The position numbers and the translations under genes were made by a program. From Bacteriovoracaceae bacterium (GTDB lineage Bacteria; Bdellovibrionota; Bacteriovoracia; Bacteriovoracales; Bacteriovoracaceae), in the NCBI GenBank assembly GCA_049318265.1, contig JBMOGR010000014.1:1-64000 (forward strand): a stretch of DNA of 64,000 nucleotides, written 5' to 3'. Numbering within the stretch: position 1 is the first letter of the stretch; each line of letters starts with the position of its first letter. The notes below the pieces were generated by a model. The model was not told the origin of the DNA. It made no database searches and was given only the letters and a program-made list of their open reading frames with translations. Shown here in pieces: positions 18,808-27,777 of the stretch.

Positions 18808-19983
18808 TTAACTGAGAGAGTGCCTTTCTTCTTTGAGCACCTTCATAATATCTGGCAAGATGGCAAAGGCCATTGATAGAACAATCAGACCCAAGATTAA
18901 GGGAAGAATCATTCCATGTTTACCGTAGACAACAAGGGGAAAAGCTATCCCTGCTCCAAGAATTCTTCCTACTGGTTGAAAAATTAATCCAATCCCAAAT
19001 ATGGTTCCTTTCTTTTTCATCTTTGGTGTAATTCGAATTAATACATAAGTGGAAAGAGCGGTATAGAAAATTTCTCCTAGGCTAACTAAAAACATTCCCA
19101 CAAAAAGCATAGGGAGATGATCTTTCTCGTAAAAAGATAAAGCACTTCCTAAGGCCATGAATAAAATACCCAATGGAAAAGCCAGACGGGGGTTTTTAAT
19201 TTTTTTTGATGCAGGCAATGCCACCAAAGTGCAAAAAATAGTATTCACCAGCAAAATCTTGGAAAAAATACTTACACCTTCTTCACCAAAGTAGATTCTG
19301 CAATTGGCTGCTACAGCCACCACGAAGAGTTCATACATACAAGCGAATCCGCCGGTCACTAATGCAAACATCAAAAAAGTTTTCATGGTTTTATTTAGGT
19401 GAGTAAGATTTTTTTCTGCGAATTCTTCTTCTTCAATTTTCTTCGATTTGATGATCTTTGTTCCCACAACCGTAGCAAGAATTGACGTTGTTGCATCAAA
19501 GAACATCAGCATAGAAATTCCAAATCCGGCAAAGAGGGAACCGATGGAAAAGGCCACCACTTGTCCTAAGTTATTGGCTGTTCTAAACCATCCCCAAGCC
19601 ACTTGTTGTTCTTCTTTATCAACTACATCAGAAATGAGAAGTCGCATTGGACCGCCAAACATGGAATGCCCCATTTGAGCAATACAAGCAAAGAGTGTCA
19701 GTGCCATGACCGAATCAAAAAGGGGAAGTCCACCAAGTCCAATTCCTGCTAAAAAAAAGGAAAGTAGTAGAGTCATTTTCATCCCGAGAAAATCACAAAG
19801 ATAGCTTCCCAAAAAGCTTCCTGACACGGCGACAACTTTGATAGTGGTCATGATGATCGCCGATTGACGACCTCGTAAATGCTTCTCTACCAGCAGCATA
19901 GGAATGAGATTTAAGCCTATAGTGCCGCATTTATTGATGAAAACGGTGAATGTCAGAGGGAGTGTTTTCTTAAAAACTGACAT
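18808..19983 (-). CDS. MFS-type transporter
   Basis: Polytopic hydropathy with two six-helix halves. It is divergent from the moa operon. Confidence 0.55.
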   Translation of the reverse strand: MSVFKKTLPLTFTVFINKCGTIGLNLIPMLLVEKHLRGRQSAIIMTTIKVVAVSGSFLGSYLCDFLGMKMTLLLSFFLAGIGLGGLPLFDSVMALTLFACIAQMGHSMFGGPMRLLISDVVDKEEQQVAWGWFRTANNLGQVVAFSIGSLFAGFGISMLMFFDATTSILATVVGTKIIKSKKIEEEEFAEKNLTHLNKTMKTFLMFALVTGGFACMYELFVVAVAANCRIYFGEEGVSIFSKILLVNTIFCTLVALPASKKIKNPRLAFPLGILFMALGSALSFYEKDHLPMLFVGMFLVSLGEIFYTALSTYVLIRITPKMKKKGTIFGIGLIFQPVGRILGAGIAFPLVVYGKHGMILPLILGLIVLSMAFAILPDIMKVLKEERHSLS

Positions 19984-20011
19984 GACAAAAGAGTAGAGGC
20001 ATCTCTATAAT

Positions 20012-20260
20012 ATGGCAATGTTTATAGTCGTAAAATACTTCTCCATTATCCGTGAAAAAATTGAAAAAGCTGAAGAGACTTTGCACATTCCTGAACATTC
20101 AACTACCACAGAATTATGGAATTTACTGAAAGAAAAATATTCACTTCACGAACATGAAGAATATCTCCGTTTTGCCGTTAATATGGATTACGTTGATCAT
20201 CCTTTTGCTTTAAAAGAAGGAGATGTTGTTGCTCTTATCACTCCTGTGGCTGGAGGATAA
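20012..20260 (+). CDS. moaD: molybdopterin synthase sulfur-carrier subunit MoaD
   Basis: 82 aa, ubiquitin-like, ending in the diagnostic C-terminal GG (…ITPVAGG*). Confidence 0.8.
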   Translation: MAMFIVVKYFSIIREKIEKAEETLHIPEHSTTTELWNLLKEKYSLHEHEEYLRFAVNMDYVDHPFALKEGDVVALITPVAGG

Positions 20261-20261
20261 A

Positions 20262-20720
20262 ATGATTTTTTCTGCTATTTCTACAAAATTACTTTCATTA
20301 GATGAAGCTCAATCTTTTATCAAAACGCCAGATGCTGGAGCTCAAATTTTTTTTAGTGGTACGGTAAGAAATACCAACTTAGGAAAAAAAGTTTTATCAC
20401 TTGAATATAGTGCATATGATGAAATGGCTGAAAAAGTTTTAGGCCAAATGGCCATCACGGCTAAAGAAAAATTTGAAGTTGAAAAAATTTATATCGTTCA
20501 TCGCTTAGGACATTTACAATTAGAAGATATTTCTATTTTAATTGCTGTCTCAGCCAAACATCGAGTTGAAGCCTATCAAGCCTCACGCTTTCTGATTGAA
20601 GAAGTGAAACATCATCTTCCCGTTTGGAAGAAAGAACACTACCAAGGCGAGAAAGCAGAGTGGGTACGTTGTTCTCATCACCATCAGCACCAAGGACACG
20701 ACCATGATCGGAATAGATAG
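20262..20720 (+). CDS. moaE: molybdopterin synthase catalytic subunit MoaE
   Basis: The start directly follows the moaD stop. The MoaE-like segments are SGTVRN...LEYSAYDEMAEK...IYIVHRLGHLQLEDISILIAVSAKHR. Confidence 0.75.
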   Translation: MIFSAISTKLLSLDEAQSFIKTPDAGAQIFFSGTVRNTNLGKKVLSLEYSAYDEMAEKVLGQMAITAKEKFEVEKIYIVHRLGHLQLEDISILIAVSAKHRVEAYQASRFLIEEVKHHLPVWKKEHYQGEKAEWVRCSHHHQHQGHDHDRNR

Positions 20721-21906
20721 CGCACTCAAATTAATTTTAGAAAATTCCTCGGTCTTGGAAGAAACTGAAAATTTGTCTATCGATGAAGCCACTGGGAACA
20801 TATTAAGAGAAAATGTTTTTGCCGATCGTGATCTTCCCCCGTTTAATCGTTCCATGATGGACGGCTATGCTTTTCATTCAAATTATTTGGATGTTACCGA
20901 AAAGTGCAAAGTGGTGGGAGAGATTTTTCCTGGTGAAGCACCAAGTGCACAATTTATTTTAAAACAAAATGAAGTGATCCGTATATTTACCGGAGCCGCT
21001 GTCCCTCACTTTTGTGATACTGTCATTCAGCATGAATGGTTTTTAAAAGTGAACGACACTATTTTCCTTCAAGAAGGGAAAGTAGTGAAAAAGGGCGCTA
21101 ATATCCATAATCAAGGTAGTGATGCCAAAAAAGGGGAAGTCTTAATTAAGGAAGGCACTCTTATTACCGCTCGTCATCTTCCTACGTTGTTATCAACGGG
21201 ACACAATGAAGTCAGAGTTGCTTTGAAACCCAAAATTTCCATTGTTACCACGGGTAATGAAGTGGTGAAACCATTTGAACAACCTGGACCTACTCAAATA
21301 AGAGATGCCAATTTAGTCACTCTCAATGAAATGGCGAAGCCTTGGGCTGAAAGTATTGAGCTCATTGGCCCAATTTCCGATGATCCTCAAAAATTAAAAG
21401 AGGCATTAAAGCGTGCCCTTAATTCAAATATTGTTATCGTAAGCGCAGGTGTTTCTGCTGGAGACCATGATTTTGTTCCCGATGTACTAGCTGATTTAGG
21501 TGTAGAGAAAGTTTTTCATAAAATTGATTTAAAGCCTGGGCATCCATTATGGTTTGGTCGCAAAGGACAAACATTAGTTTTTGGTTTGCCCGGTAATCCA
21601 GTTTCTGGTCAAGTGTGCTTTAAACTAATGATTGAACCCTTGCTGAAGAAAATCTTAGGGATGACGAACTATAACCACCAACTTTTAACACTTCCCTTAA
21701 TTGAAAGTTTTAATAAAAAACATCATCGTCATGAATGGGCCATGGGAGTTCTTGAACATACTTCAGAGGGGACTAAAATTCTCCCTTTGAAAAATACAGG
21801 ATCTGGCGATTTTTTTCATTATGGTAAGGCCATGGGTCTTATCTCCCTTCCTGGAAAAGAAAAAATTTTTGTTCCAGGTGAAAGAGTCGATTGGCTTCCT
21901 CTATGA
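20704..21906 (+). CDS. moeA: molybdopterin molybdenumtransferase MoeA
   Basis: NRSMMDGYAF and the MogA-like central domain GVSAGDHDFV. The length is typical at 400 aa. Confidence 0.8.
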   Translation: MIGIDSALKLILENSSVLEETENLSIDEATGNILRENVFADRDLPPFNRSMMDGYAFHSNYLDVTEKCKVVGEIFPGEAPSAQFILKQNEVIRIFTGAAVPHFCDTVIQHEWFLKVNDTIFLQEGKVVKKGANIHNQGSDAKKGEVLIKEGTLITARHLPTLLSTGHNEVRVALKPKISIVTTGNEVVKPFEQPGPTQIRDANLVTLNEMAKPWAESIELIGPISDDPQKLKEALKRALNSNIVIVSAGVSAGDHDFVPDVLADLGVEKVFHKIDLKPGHPLWFGRKGQTLVFGLPGNPVSGQVCFKLMIEPLLKKILGMTNYNHQLLTLPLIESFNKKHHRHEWAMGVLEHTSEGTKILPLKNTGSGDFFHYGKAMGLISLPGKEKIFVPGERVDWLPL

Positions 21907-22847
21907 ACCAGGAACGACCGATTTCCAAACTTCGAATATCAGTCACAGACGCTTGCAACTTTCGATGTCTTTATTGCATGCCTGAGTCTGTCACCTTTCA
22001 AGATAAAAAAGAGCATCTGTCCTATGATCAAATTTCCAAAGTTATTCAACACCTTAAACTTTTAGTTCCACTGTCTCAAATTAGAATTACTGGTGGAGAA
22101 CCACTTCTTCGACCAAGGCTCTCTGAGCTTATTCTCAAACTTCGTCTTCAGAATATTCACGATATCGGTTTAACCACCAATGGTTTTTTTCTTTCAAGAG
22201 ATTTGACTGAACTCAAAGAGGCGGGTCTGACTTCAGTTAACCTATCTTTGGACAGTCTCGAAAAAAATACTTTTTATAATATGGCGTCCTTAAAAGAGAG
22301 CGGTGCTTTTGAAAAGGTTTTGGGGGCTTTAGAAGATTGCCTCAATGCTGGAATAAAAGTGAAGACCAACACCGTGGTGATGAAAAATAAAAATGTAGAT
22401 CAAATCATTCCGCTGATCGAAGCGGGAAAGAAAAAAGGTTTTTATCCGCGTTTTCTGGAACTGATGAGTTTAGGGGAAGGACGAAAATATCAGGATCATT
22501 TTTTTTCCATGCAGGAAATGCTTACTTTAATCCATGCTCATTTTGGAAGAAGTAAAGTGATCGCTTCTCCTCAAGACTCTACTTCAGTGAATTTAAAAAC
22601 TGAATCTGGTCACTATTTTGGAATCATTGCCAGTGAATCAGAACCATTTTGCCAGCATTGTTCTCGCATGAGGCTTTCTGCAGACGGTAAACTTTATGGC
22701 TGTTTAATGAAAAATGAGGGCCTATCATTGAAAAACTCACTAGACAATATTGATGATGTGGCAAAAATACTTCAAGAGGCGATTTTAATGAAGCCTTACT
22801 ACCGAATTTATTCTTCAGAAACCCCCATGTACACTCTGGGCGGATAA
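21903..22847 (+). CDS. moaA: GTP 3',8-cyclase MoaA (radical SAM)
   Basis: LRISVTDACNFRCLYCMP (CxxxCxxC) and the C-terminal cluster CQHCSRMRLSADGKLYGCL. The ATGA start/stop overlap with moeA assumes the Met at 21903. Confidence 0.85.
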   Translation: MNQERPISKLRISVTDACNFRCLYCMPESVTFQDKKEHLSYDQISKVIQHLKLLVPLSQIRITGGEPLLRPRLSELILKLRLQNIHDIGLTTNGFFLSRDLTELKEAGLTSVNLSLDSLEKNTFYNMASLKESGAFEKVLGALEDCLNAGIKVKTNTVVMKNKNVDQIIPLIEAGKKKGFYPRFLELMSLGEGRKYQDHFFSMQEMLTLIHAHFGRSKVIASPQDSTSVNLKTESGHYFGIIASESEPFCQHCSRMRLSADGKLYGCLMKNEGLSLKNSLDNIDDVAKILQEAILMKPYYRIYSSETPMYTLGG

Positions 22848-22856
22848 GGGGCATCT

Positions 22857-23330
22857 ATGCTTACAAGTCATTTAAATGAAAATGGAAACGCTCACATGGT
22901 CGACATCAGTGATAAGGTCATGACCAATAGAATGGCGCAAGCCCAATCAAAAGTCATTTTACCTTTTGAAGTGATGGCCAAAATTCAAGCCAATGCAGAA
23001 ACCAAAAAAGGTAATCTTTTTTCTGTCTGCATTCTTGCTGGTATTATGGGCGCTAAAAAAACTAGTGAATTAATTCCTCTTTGCCATCCACTTCCATTAA
23101 CTAAAGTAGAAGTAACCTATGAATGTGTAGAGAACACAATTCTTTTTACCTCACAAGTTAAAACACAATGGGTGACCGGAGTTGAAATGGAAGCGATGGT
23201 GGCAGTGAGCATTGCTGCTTTGACTTGTTACGATATGCTGAAGTCTCTCAATAAAGGAATTGTCTTAGGTGAAACCAAACTTCTTTTCAAGACTGGTGGG
23301 AAGTCAGGAGATTTCAGTGCTGAAGTTTAG
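22857..23330 (+). CDS. moaC: cyclic pyranopterin monophosphate synthase MoaC
   Basis: HMVDISDK, GNLFSVCILAGIMGAKKTSELIPLCHPLPLT and TGVEMEAMVAVSIAALTCYDM are MoaC core motifs. Confidence 0.85.
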   Translation: MLTSHLNENGNAHMVDISDKVMTNRMAQAQSKVILPFEVMAKIQANAETKKGNLFSVCILAGIMGAKKTSELIPLCHPLPLTKVEVTYECVENTILFTSQVKTQWVTGVEMEAMVAVSIAALTCYDMLKSLNKGIVLGETKLLFKTGGKSGDFSAEV

Positions 23331-23793
23331 TTTATGTGTGGTTACCACTTCAAGAAATCGTGATTCTGATTTAGTGGGCCCAGTACTTCAAAAATATCTA
23401 GAGGATCAAGGTGATGAACTTCGTCATATTGAACTCTGCACTGATACAATCTCAGCGATTCAAAACGCTTTATTGAAAATGAGTGAACAAGATTCTTCGA
23501 TTCTACTTTTTTCAGGTGGCACAGGCCTTACCTCGGATGATGTTACTCCTGAGGCGCTTGAACCCATGTACCAAAGAAAGTTACCTGGGTTTGATGAAGC
23601 AATGAGAATGGCCAATTTTGCTAAAATTCCAGGAACTATTTTATCTCGTGGGGTAAGTGGTGTTTTTCAAAAGAAGTTAGTGATTTCCCTTCCAGGAAGT
23701 CCTAAAGCAGTGGTTGAAAACCTTTCTGTGGTCTATCCAGTGCTTTCACATGCAGTGAAGAAAATATCTGATGATAAATCGGCCTGTGTTTAG
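23317..23793 (+). CDS. mogA: molybdopterin adenylyltransferase MogA/MoaB
   Basis: VVTTSRNRDSD...LFSGGTGLTSDDVTPEA...SLPGSPKAV. The start is uncertain: GTG at 23317 (VLKFSL) or ATG at 23269 as in the track. Confidence 0.7.
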   Translation: MLKFSLCVVTTSRNRDSDLVGPVLQKYLEDQGDELRHIELCTDTISAIQNALLKMSEQDSSILLFSGGTGLTSDDVTPEALEPMYQRKLPGFDEAMRMANFAKIPGTILSRGVSGVFQKKLVISLPGSPKAVVENLSVVYPVLSHAVKKISDDKSACV

Positions 23794-23801
23794 CAATAGA
23801 A

Positions 23802-24620
23802 CTAAATCACATACTTTGTTAAGAGTGTTTTAATCAAAGAGTCACTATTGAGTTCCTCTGGGATTTGATCAGCAATGCTTTTATGAAACTTAGGCAGCTC
23901 CGTCCAATGCAGTGACGGTTTTTCATGATGAGCACCATGATAGCCACCATTGAAGAAAAACCAGTTTCCTAGATCACTTGTATAATTTCTTGAATGATTT
24001 AATTCATGATCAACGCAACCATCATGTTGAATAAGATTGATGGCCGTAATAGAAAAAGAAGCAATCATCCATGCTGGGAAAATAATAAAAAGGTAAGCTC
24101 TCCAATTAAGATAAAGTGCCAGCGCAGAAAAACAAAGCAACCCTATGTTTTCGATGATTTCTTGTCTCGCTTGATGAGGAGTGAGTCTTACAGTCAAATC
24201 GTTCTTTCTTTCACGAGCAATTAAAAGCCAAGTAACTGCTACATAACGGATGAGACGAATGAAACCAGGTCCTGTCCCTGCCTTGCTATCGTGAAACCAG
24301 TCTGTTTGTTTGGCCAAGTGCTTATGGTGCTTTAAATTATGAGTTACCACTAAAGAGGTCGGAGAAAGTCCCTGAGCAATTCCTAGGATAACAGAAAAAA
24401 ATTTGTTAGCTTTTTTCGAAATAAAGATCGGGATATGAATAAAGTTATGGTTAATACAATGGCAAAGATAGCAACCAAAGCCCAATAACATGGCTTCAAC
24501 AATGATCACAGACCAGCTCATTTTGCTTGTTTCTTGCTTTAAAAATAGCATTTGCATCATCAAAACAATGGCTACAAAAACTATGCTTCTACGGTCTTGT
24601 TTATAACGAAGAATCTTCAT
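23802..24620 (-). CDS. membrane His-box (di-iron) fatty-acid desaturase/hydroxylase-family enzyme
   Basis: Three His boxes: HCINHNFIH, HNLKHHKH, HGAHHE. About 4 TM segments. The substrate cannot be told from sequence (acyl-lipid desaturase, sphingolipid desaturase and carotenoid ketolase-like are all possible). Confidence 0.55.
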   Translation of the reverse strand: MKILRYKQDRRSIVFVAIVLMMQMLFLKQETSKMSWSVIIVEAMLLGFGCYLCHCINHNFIHIPIFISKKANKFFSVILGIAQGLSPTSLVVTHNLKHHKHLAKQTDWFHDSKAGTGPGFIRLIRYVAVTWLLIARERKNDLTVRLTPHQARQEIIENIGLLCFSALALYLNWRAYLFIIFPAWMIASFSITAINLIQHDGCVDHELNHSRNYTSDLGNWFFFNGGYHGAHHEKPSLHWTELPKFHKSIADQIPEELNSDSLIKTLLTKYVI

Positions 24621-24843
24621 TTCTATTTTACTCGTCTGTTAATTATTAACGTCATCTAGAATTTTAGGGCAGAAAATAGTTTTTTTCTAGAGACCGTTAC
24701 AAAAGTACTACAGATGATTGAGACCTGTATAAACTTTAGACAGGATGTATAGAGTGACTGTTTAACTTTTAGACAGTTTTTCCTTTTTACCCGAAAGCAC
24801 TAAAAAAAACCATAAACAATTCTCCATCAATTAAAATGGGGGT

Positions 24844-25557
24844 ATGAAAAAACTATTTTTTTTGGCTTTTGCCTTTAATCTTTCCCTCTTATCAAATGCC
24901 TTTGCCCAAGTCTGTCACGAGTCTTCTCTCTATGAAGTCTACGAGACTTTAAATACTCTTGATCAAACAAAGCTACAAAATGAATTGACGGAGCACCAGC
25001 TTGATGTTGATCACTTAAAAGAAGTGAATTATAAAATTGAATGCCAAGATACAAAGCTGCTCGCAACAGTGGAATTACTAGACAAAGAAGAAACTCCCAA
25101 AAACCAATTCTTGATGAAAATTGGTGTTGGTTATATGTACCCAGTGGGGACTAATATCGCCATGAAATTTGGAGTGGGAGATAAGTTCACTGGTGTTTAT
25201 AAGTTTAATGTTACGGTTGAAGCAAGCTCGACCTTAACTTTCAAAATGGGGTCATCAAATGTTTACGGAATTTCGGCTAACTATTATTTGAAAAAAACCG
25301 GTGTTTATATGGGACCGATTGCTCATGTTGTTCATCTCAATAATCCACTCCTAATAGGCCAGCAAAACTTTTTCTTCAAAGCAGTTGGCTTGAATGCGGG
25401 TTGGGAAATTCCAGTAAAGAGTAAAAATTATAGAAGTAATATTGAACTGAATGCTTTTACATCATTCGGTGGATACAATAACGATCCAAAGCCATTCATC
25501 TATTCTGGTGGCGGAATTCGTTTCATGATTCCACAAAAACGTCAGAGGAAAAACTAA
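24844..25557 (+). CDS. hypothetical secreted protein
   Basis: Signal peptide MKKLFFLAFAFNLSLLSNAFAQ and a beta-rich composition. Confidence 0.4.
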   Translation: MKKLFFLAFAFNLSLLSNAFAQVCHESSLYEVYETLNTLDQTKLQNELTEHQLDVDHLKEVNYKIECQDTKLLATVELLDKEETPKNQFLMKIGVGYMYPVGTNIAMKFGVGDKFTGVYKFNVTVEASSTLTFKMGSSNVYGISANYYLKKTGVYMGPIAHVVHLNNPLLIGQQNFFFKAVGLNAGWEIPVKSKNYRSNIELNAFTSFGGYNNDPKPFIYSGGGIRFMIPQKRQRKN

Positions 25558-25973
25558 TGAAAAAATACTTTTTAATCTTCATCATGATGTTTCAAATGAA
25601 TCACGCTTTTGCTCAAGACATGAGTAGCTCCAGTAATTTGATCACAGCGATAGCTTCTTATATCTATGAAGAATATAGTAAAATTGAAGACGTCAAAACT
25701 GTTGTAAGTCAACTTAATTTAGAAATTCAAAAATATGGAAAAGTGAAAAATGTAAAAGAAAAAGATTTTATGCTTTCTCAGATGATTCAAAAAACGCAGA
25801 AGCTCTTACCTTCTGTTCATTCTCTTTTTAGACCTTATGTTGCCAGTGAAATTGTACGCATGAAATCGATGAGAACTTATTTGAACAAAAAATACTATAA
25901 TACTCACAACTATATTTATCAGCTAGTGGTGACTGATATGGCTGATATTCAGCACTACTTATCTTGGGTATAA
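25557..25973 (+). CDS. hypothetical small secreted protein
   Basis: Signal peptide MKKYFLIFIMMFQMNHAFAQ. Its start overlaps the stop of the upstream gene. Confidence 0.35.
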   Translation: MKKYFLIFIMMFQMNHAFAQDMSSSSNLITAIASYIYEEYSKIEDVKTVVSQLNLEIQKYGKVKNVKEKDFMLSQMIQKTQKLLPSVHSLFRPYVASEIVRMKSMRTYLNKKYYNTHNYIYQLVVTDMADIQHYLSWV

Positions 25974-25988
25974 AAAGGTTCAAAAACT

Positions 25989-27077
25989 CTATTCGAAGAT
26001 TTTTACCCAATCAACTTGGAATTCATTGTTAGGATCATTGGACGATAAGTTCGGCCCTGTACCAAGACTCATAATAAGAAAACTTGCGACATCAGAAATG
26101 TACATGGATTTGCGATCGCCCGCTTTAGCTTTATCTCCCACATTAATTTCTTGAACAACACAGTTATCAATGTAGTGCCGTATTTTGGTTGGTGACCATT
26201 CAACACCGTAAACTTTGTATTCACCCATATTATAAAATGCACCTTTTGTAGACCACCAGTGACCACGTGAACCTTCCCAATTGTGGTAAGAGTGAAATCC
26301 ATAGGGACCTTCGTTTTGTGAGTTATGTTCCATGATATCAATCTCACCAATGATTTTGAGTCCTTTGCCATCGACACTTAAGTTGGTTGATGCCGTCGTC
26401 GCTACGTAAGGAGATCCTGTGTTTAAATTATTTGGCCACATCCAAAGGGCCGGATAAGAACCATCATTTTTATTGGTGATAAGTTTTGCTCTCATTTCGA
26501 TACGTCCATAGAGAGCATTTCGACCTTTATGTTGATCGTCTAAATACTTACTATCAACCCCACCGACAGCATACTTGCAGTTTCGATTATAGTAATCATC
26601 GTTCCATTCTTTCGCTGGATCTTTAGCTCCACACTGTCCCTTGGAAGCATCAAAATTAGGATTTTTTTTCATTTTAAATTTTAAATGACCATCACTCACA
26701 CTTACAGCATTGGCCATATAGGTTGTATTAGTATTAGCACTCCAAAAATTCCATCCTGTCCAAACATTCCAAACACATTTATTCAAATCTTTTAATCCAG
26801 AATAATCATGATCAGCTGGACAATTATTTCCCGAGACAAACCAGTCTAAACGGTTTGAACAAACGATTTTTGACTGATCGGTATAACAAGAATCTGTATC
26901 AGGAATGAAATCGTCGACGAAAACTAAATTTTGATAACTTGATTTTCTAATATCAGCGATACAACTCGCACCACTAATGGCCAGTGGTCCTGAATTTTTT
27001 AGATTTTCAAACAAATCATCTTTTTTGCAAGAGAAGAGGAGAGTGCTTAGAAAGAATAAATAAAGTAATTTTTTCAT
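25989..27077 (-). CDS. glycoside hydrolase family 16 lipoprotein (beta-glucanase/laminarinase-like)
   Basis: Lipobox LLFSC after the internal Met MKKLLYLFF (track 25989..27152). The GH16 catalytic motif is ExDxxE, here GEIDIMEH. Confidence 0.65.
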   Translation of the reverse strand: MKKLLYLFFLSTLLFSCKKDDLFENLKNSGPLAISGASCIADIRKSSYQNLVFVDDFIPDTDSCYTDQSKIVCSNRLDWFVSGNNCPADHDYSGLKDLNKCVWNVWTGWNFWSANTNTTYMANAVSVSDGHLKFKMKKNPNFDASKGQCGAKDPAKEWNDDYYNRNCKYAVGGVDSKYLDDQHKGRNALYGRIEMRAKLITNKNDGSYPALWMWPNNLNTGSPYVATTASTNLSVDGKGLKIIGEIDIMEHNSQNEGPYGFHSYHNWEGSRGHWWSTKGAFYNMGEYKVYGVEWSPTKIRHYIDNCVVQEINVGDKAKAGDRKSMYISDVASFLIMSLGTGPNLSSNDPNNEFQVDWVKIFE

Positions 27078-27241
27078 AGCTAGCTCATCGGAAAAAATGA
27101 GATAAATATTAAAAAAATCCCTTGTCTGGTCTAAATAGAAAATAACCTTCAATAATAGTAGGATATAGACTTTTTTGCCTAAATTGATTGATTTTCGAGT
27201 CCATGATTAAATGAGATTAGAAAAATTGTCAGGAGATAAAA

Positions 27242-27649
27242 ATGCGCTTACTAATTCTAATTAGTGTCTGTATTTTGGCTACATCATTTGCCGGAGCCGA
27301 GGCTAAAACTTCTAAAAAATCTACTTTGATTAATCGTAAAGTTGCTAGCGAATGTGGGCCAAGAGAAGCTACCGAAAAAACGTTCAAGAAGCTTCATGAG
27401 GGGTCTCAAAAGCTTAAGAGTAAACGTTCTGACCTACGAGCGGGATCATCATGTATTTCGTCCAGTTGTCAGACTGCGTATTTTTACGAGTCAGGATTTG
27501 GTTTTCCGGTTGCGGGAGTTTTCTTTTATCGTACAGAGGCAGGTTGTCCTGACGTGAAGCCTACTGATCTTGAGGTCGTTCAAGATAACATTTCGGAACC
27601 ATTAAAAACAGAAGCTGAATTTAATAATCCTCCTCCAGAGGTTGATTGA
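27242..27649 (+). CDS. hypothetical small secreted Cys-containing protein
   Basis: Signal peptide MRLLILISVCILATSFAGAEA. It has 5 Cys. Confidence 0.35.
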   Translation: MRLLILISVCILATSFAGAEAKTSKKSTLINRKVASECGPREATEKTFKKLHEGSQKLKSKRSDLRAGSSCISSSCQTAYFYESGFGFPVAGVFFYRTEAGCPDVKPTDLEVVQDNISEPLKTEAEFNNPPPEVD

Positions 27650-27686
27650 ATTTTACCAATAAACTTAGCAAATTTGATAAAAAAAA

Positions 27687-27712
27687 AGCCACCTCAAGAG
27701 GTGGCTTTTTTC
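27687..27712. terminator. bidirectional rho-independent terminator between convergent genes
   Basis: An A-run, then the stem gccacctc / gaggtggc, then TTTTTT. Confidence 0.6.
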
Positions 27713-27723
27713 ATTCTTGATAT

Positions 27724-27763
27724 GAGGAACTCTCAAGCATTATATTTCCCTTGAGAGTCCCTC
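27724..27763. repeat. 14-bp-arm inverted repeat (gaggaactctcaag ... cttgagagtccctc), 3' of the flotillin-like gene
   Basis: Near-perfect palindrome with a 12-nt spacer. There is no clear U-tract. Confidence 0.45.
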
Positions 27764-27777
27764 ATCTTAAAATTTGA

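Noticed and set aside
19984-20011. Possible Moco riboswitch upstream of moaD.
   Set aside because: Only 28 bp separate the divergent MFS gene start from the moaD ATG, which is far too short for the ~130-nt aptamer.
24725-24743. LexA/SOS-box interpretation of the CTGT...ACAG palindrome.
   Set aside because: The spacing is CTGT-N11-ACAG rather than the CTGT-N8-ACAG of gammaproteobacterial LexA boxes. The flanking genes are secreted proteins, not DNA-repair genes.
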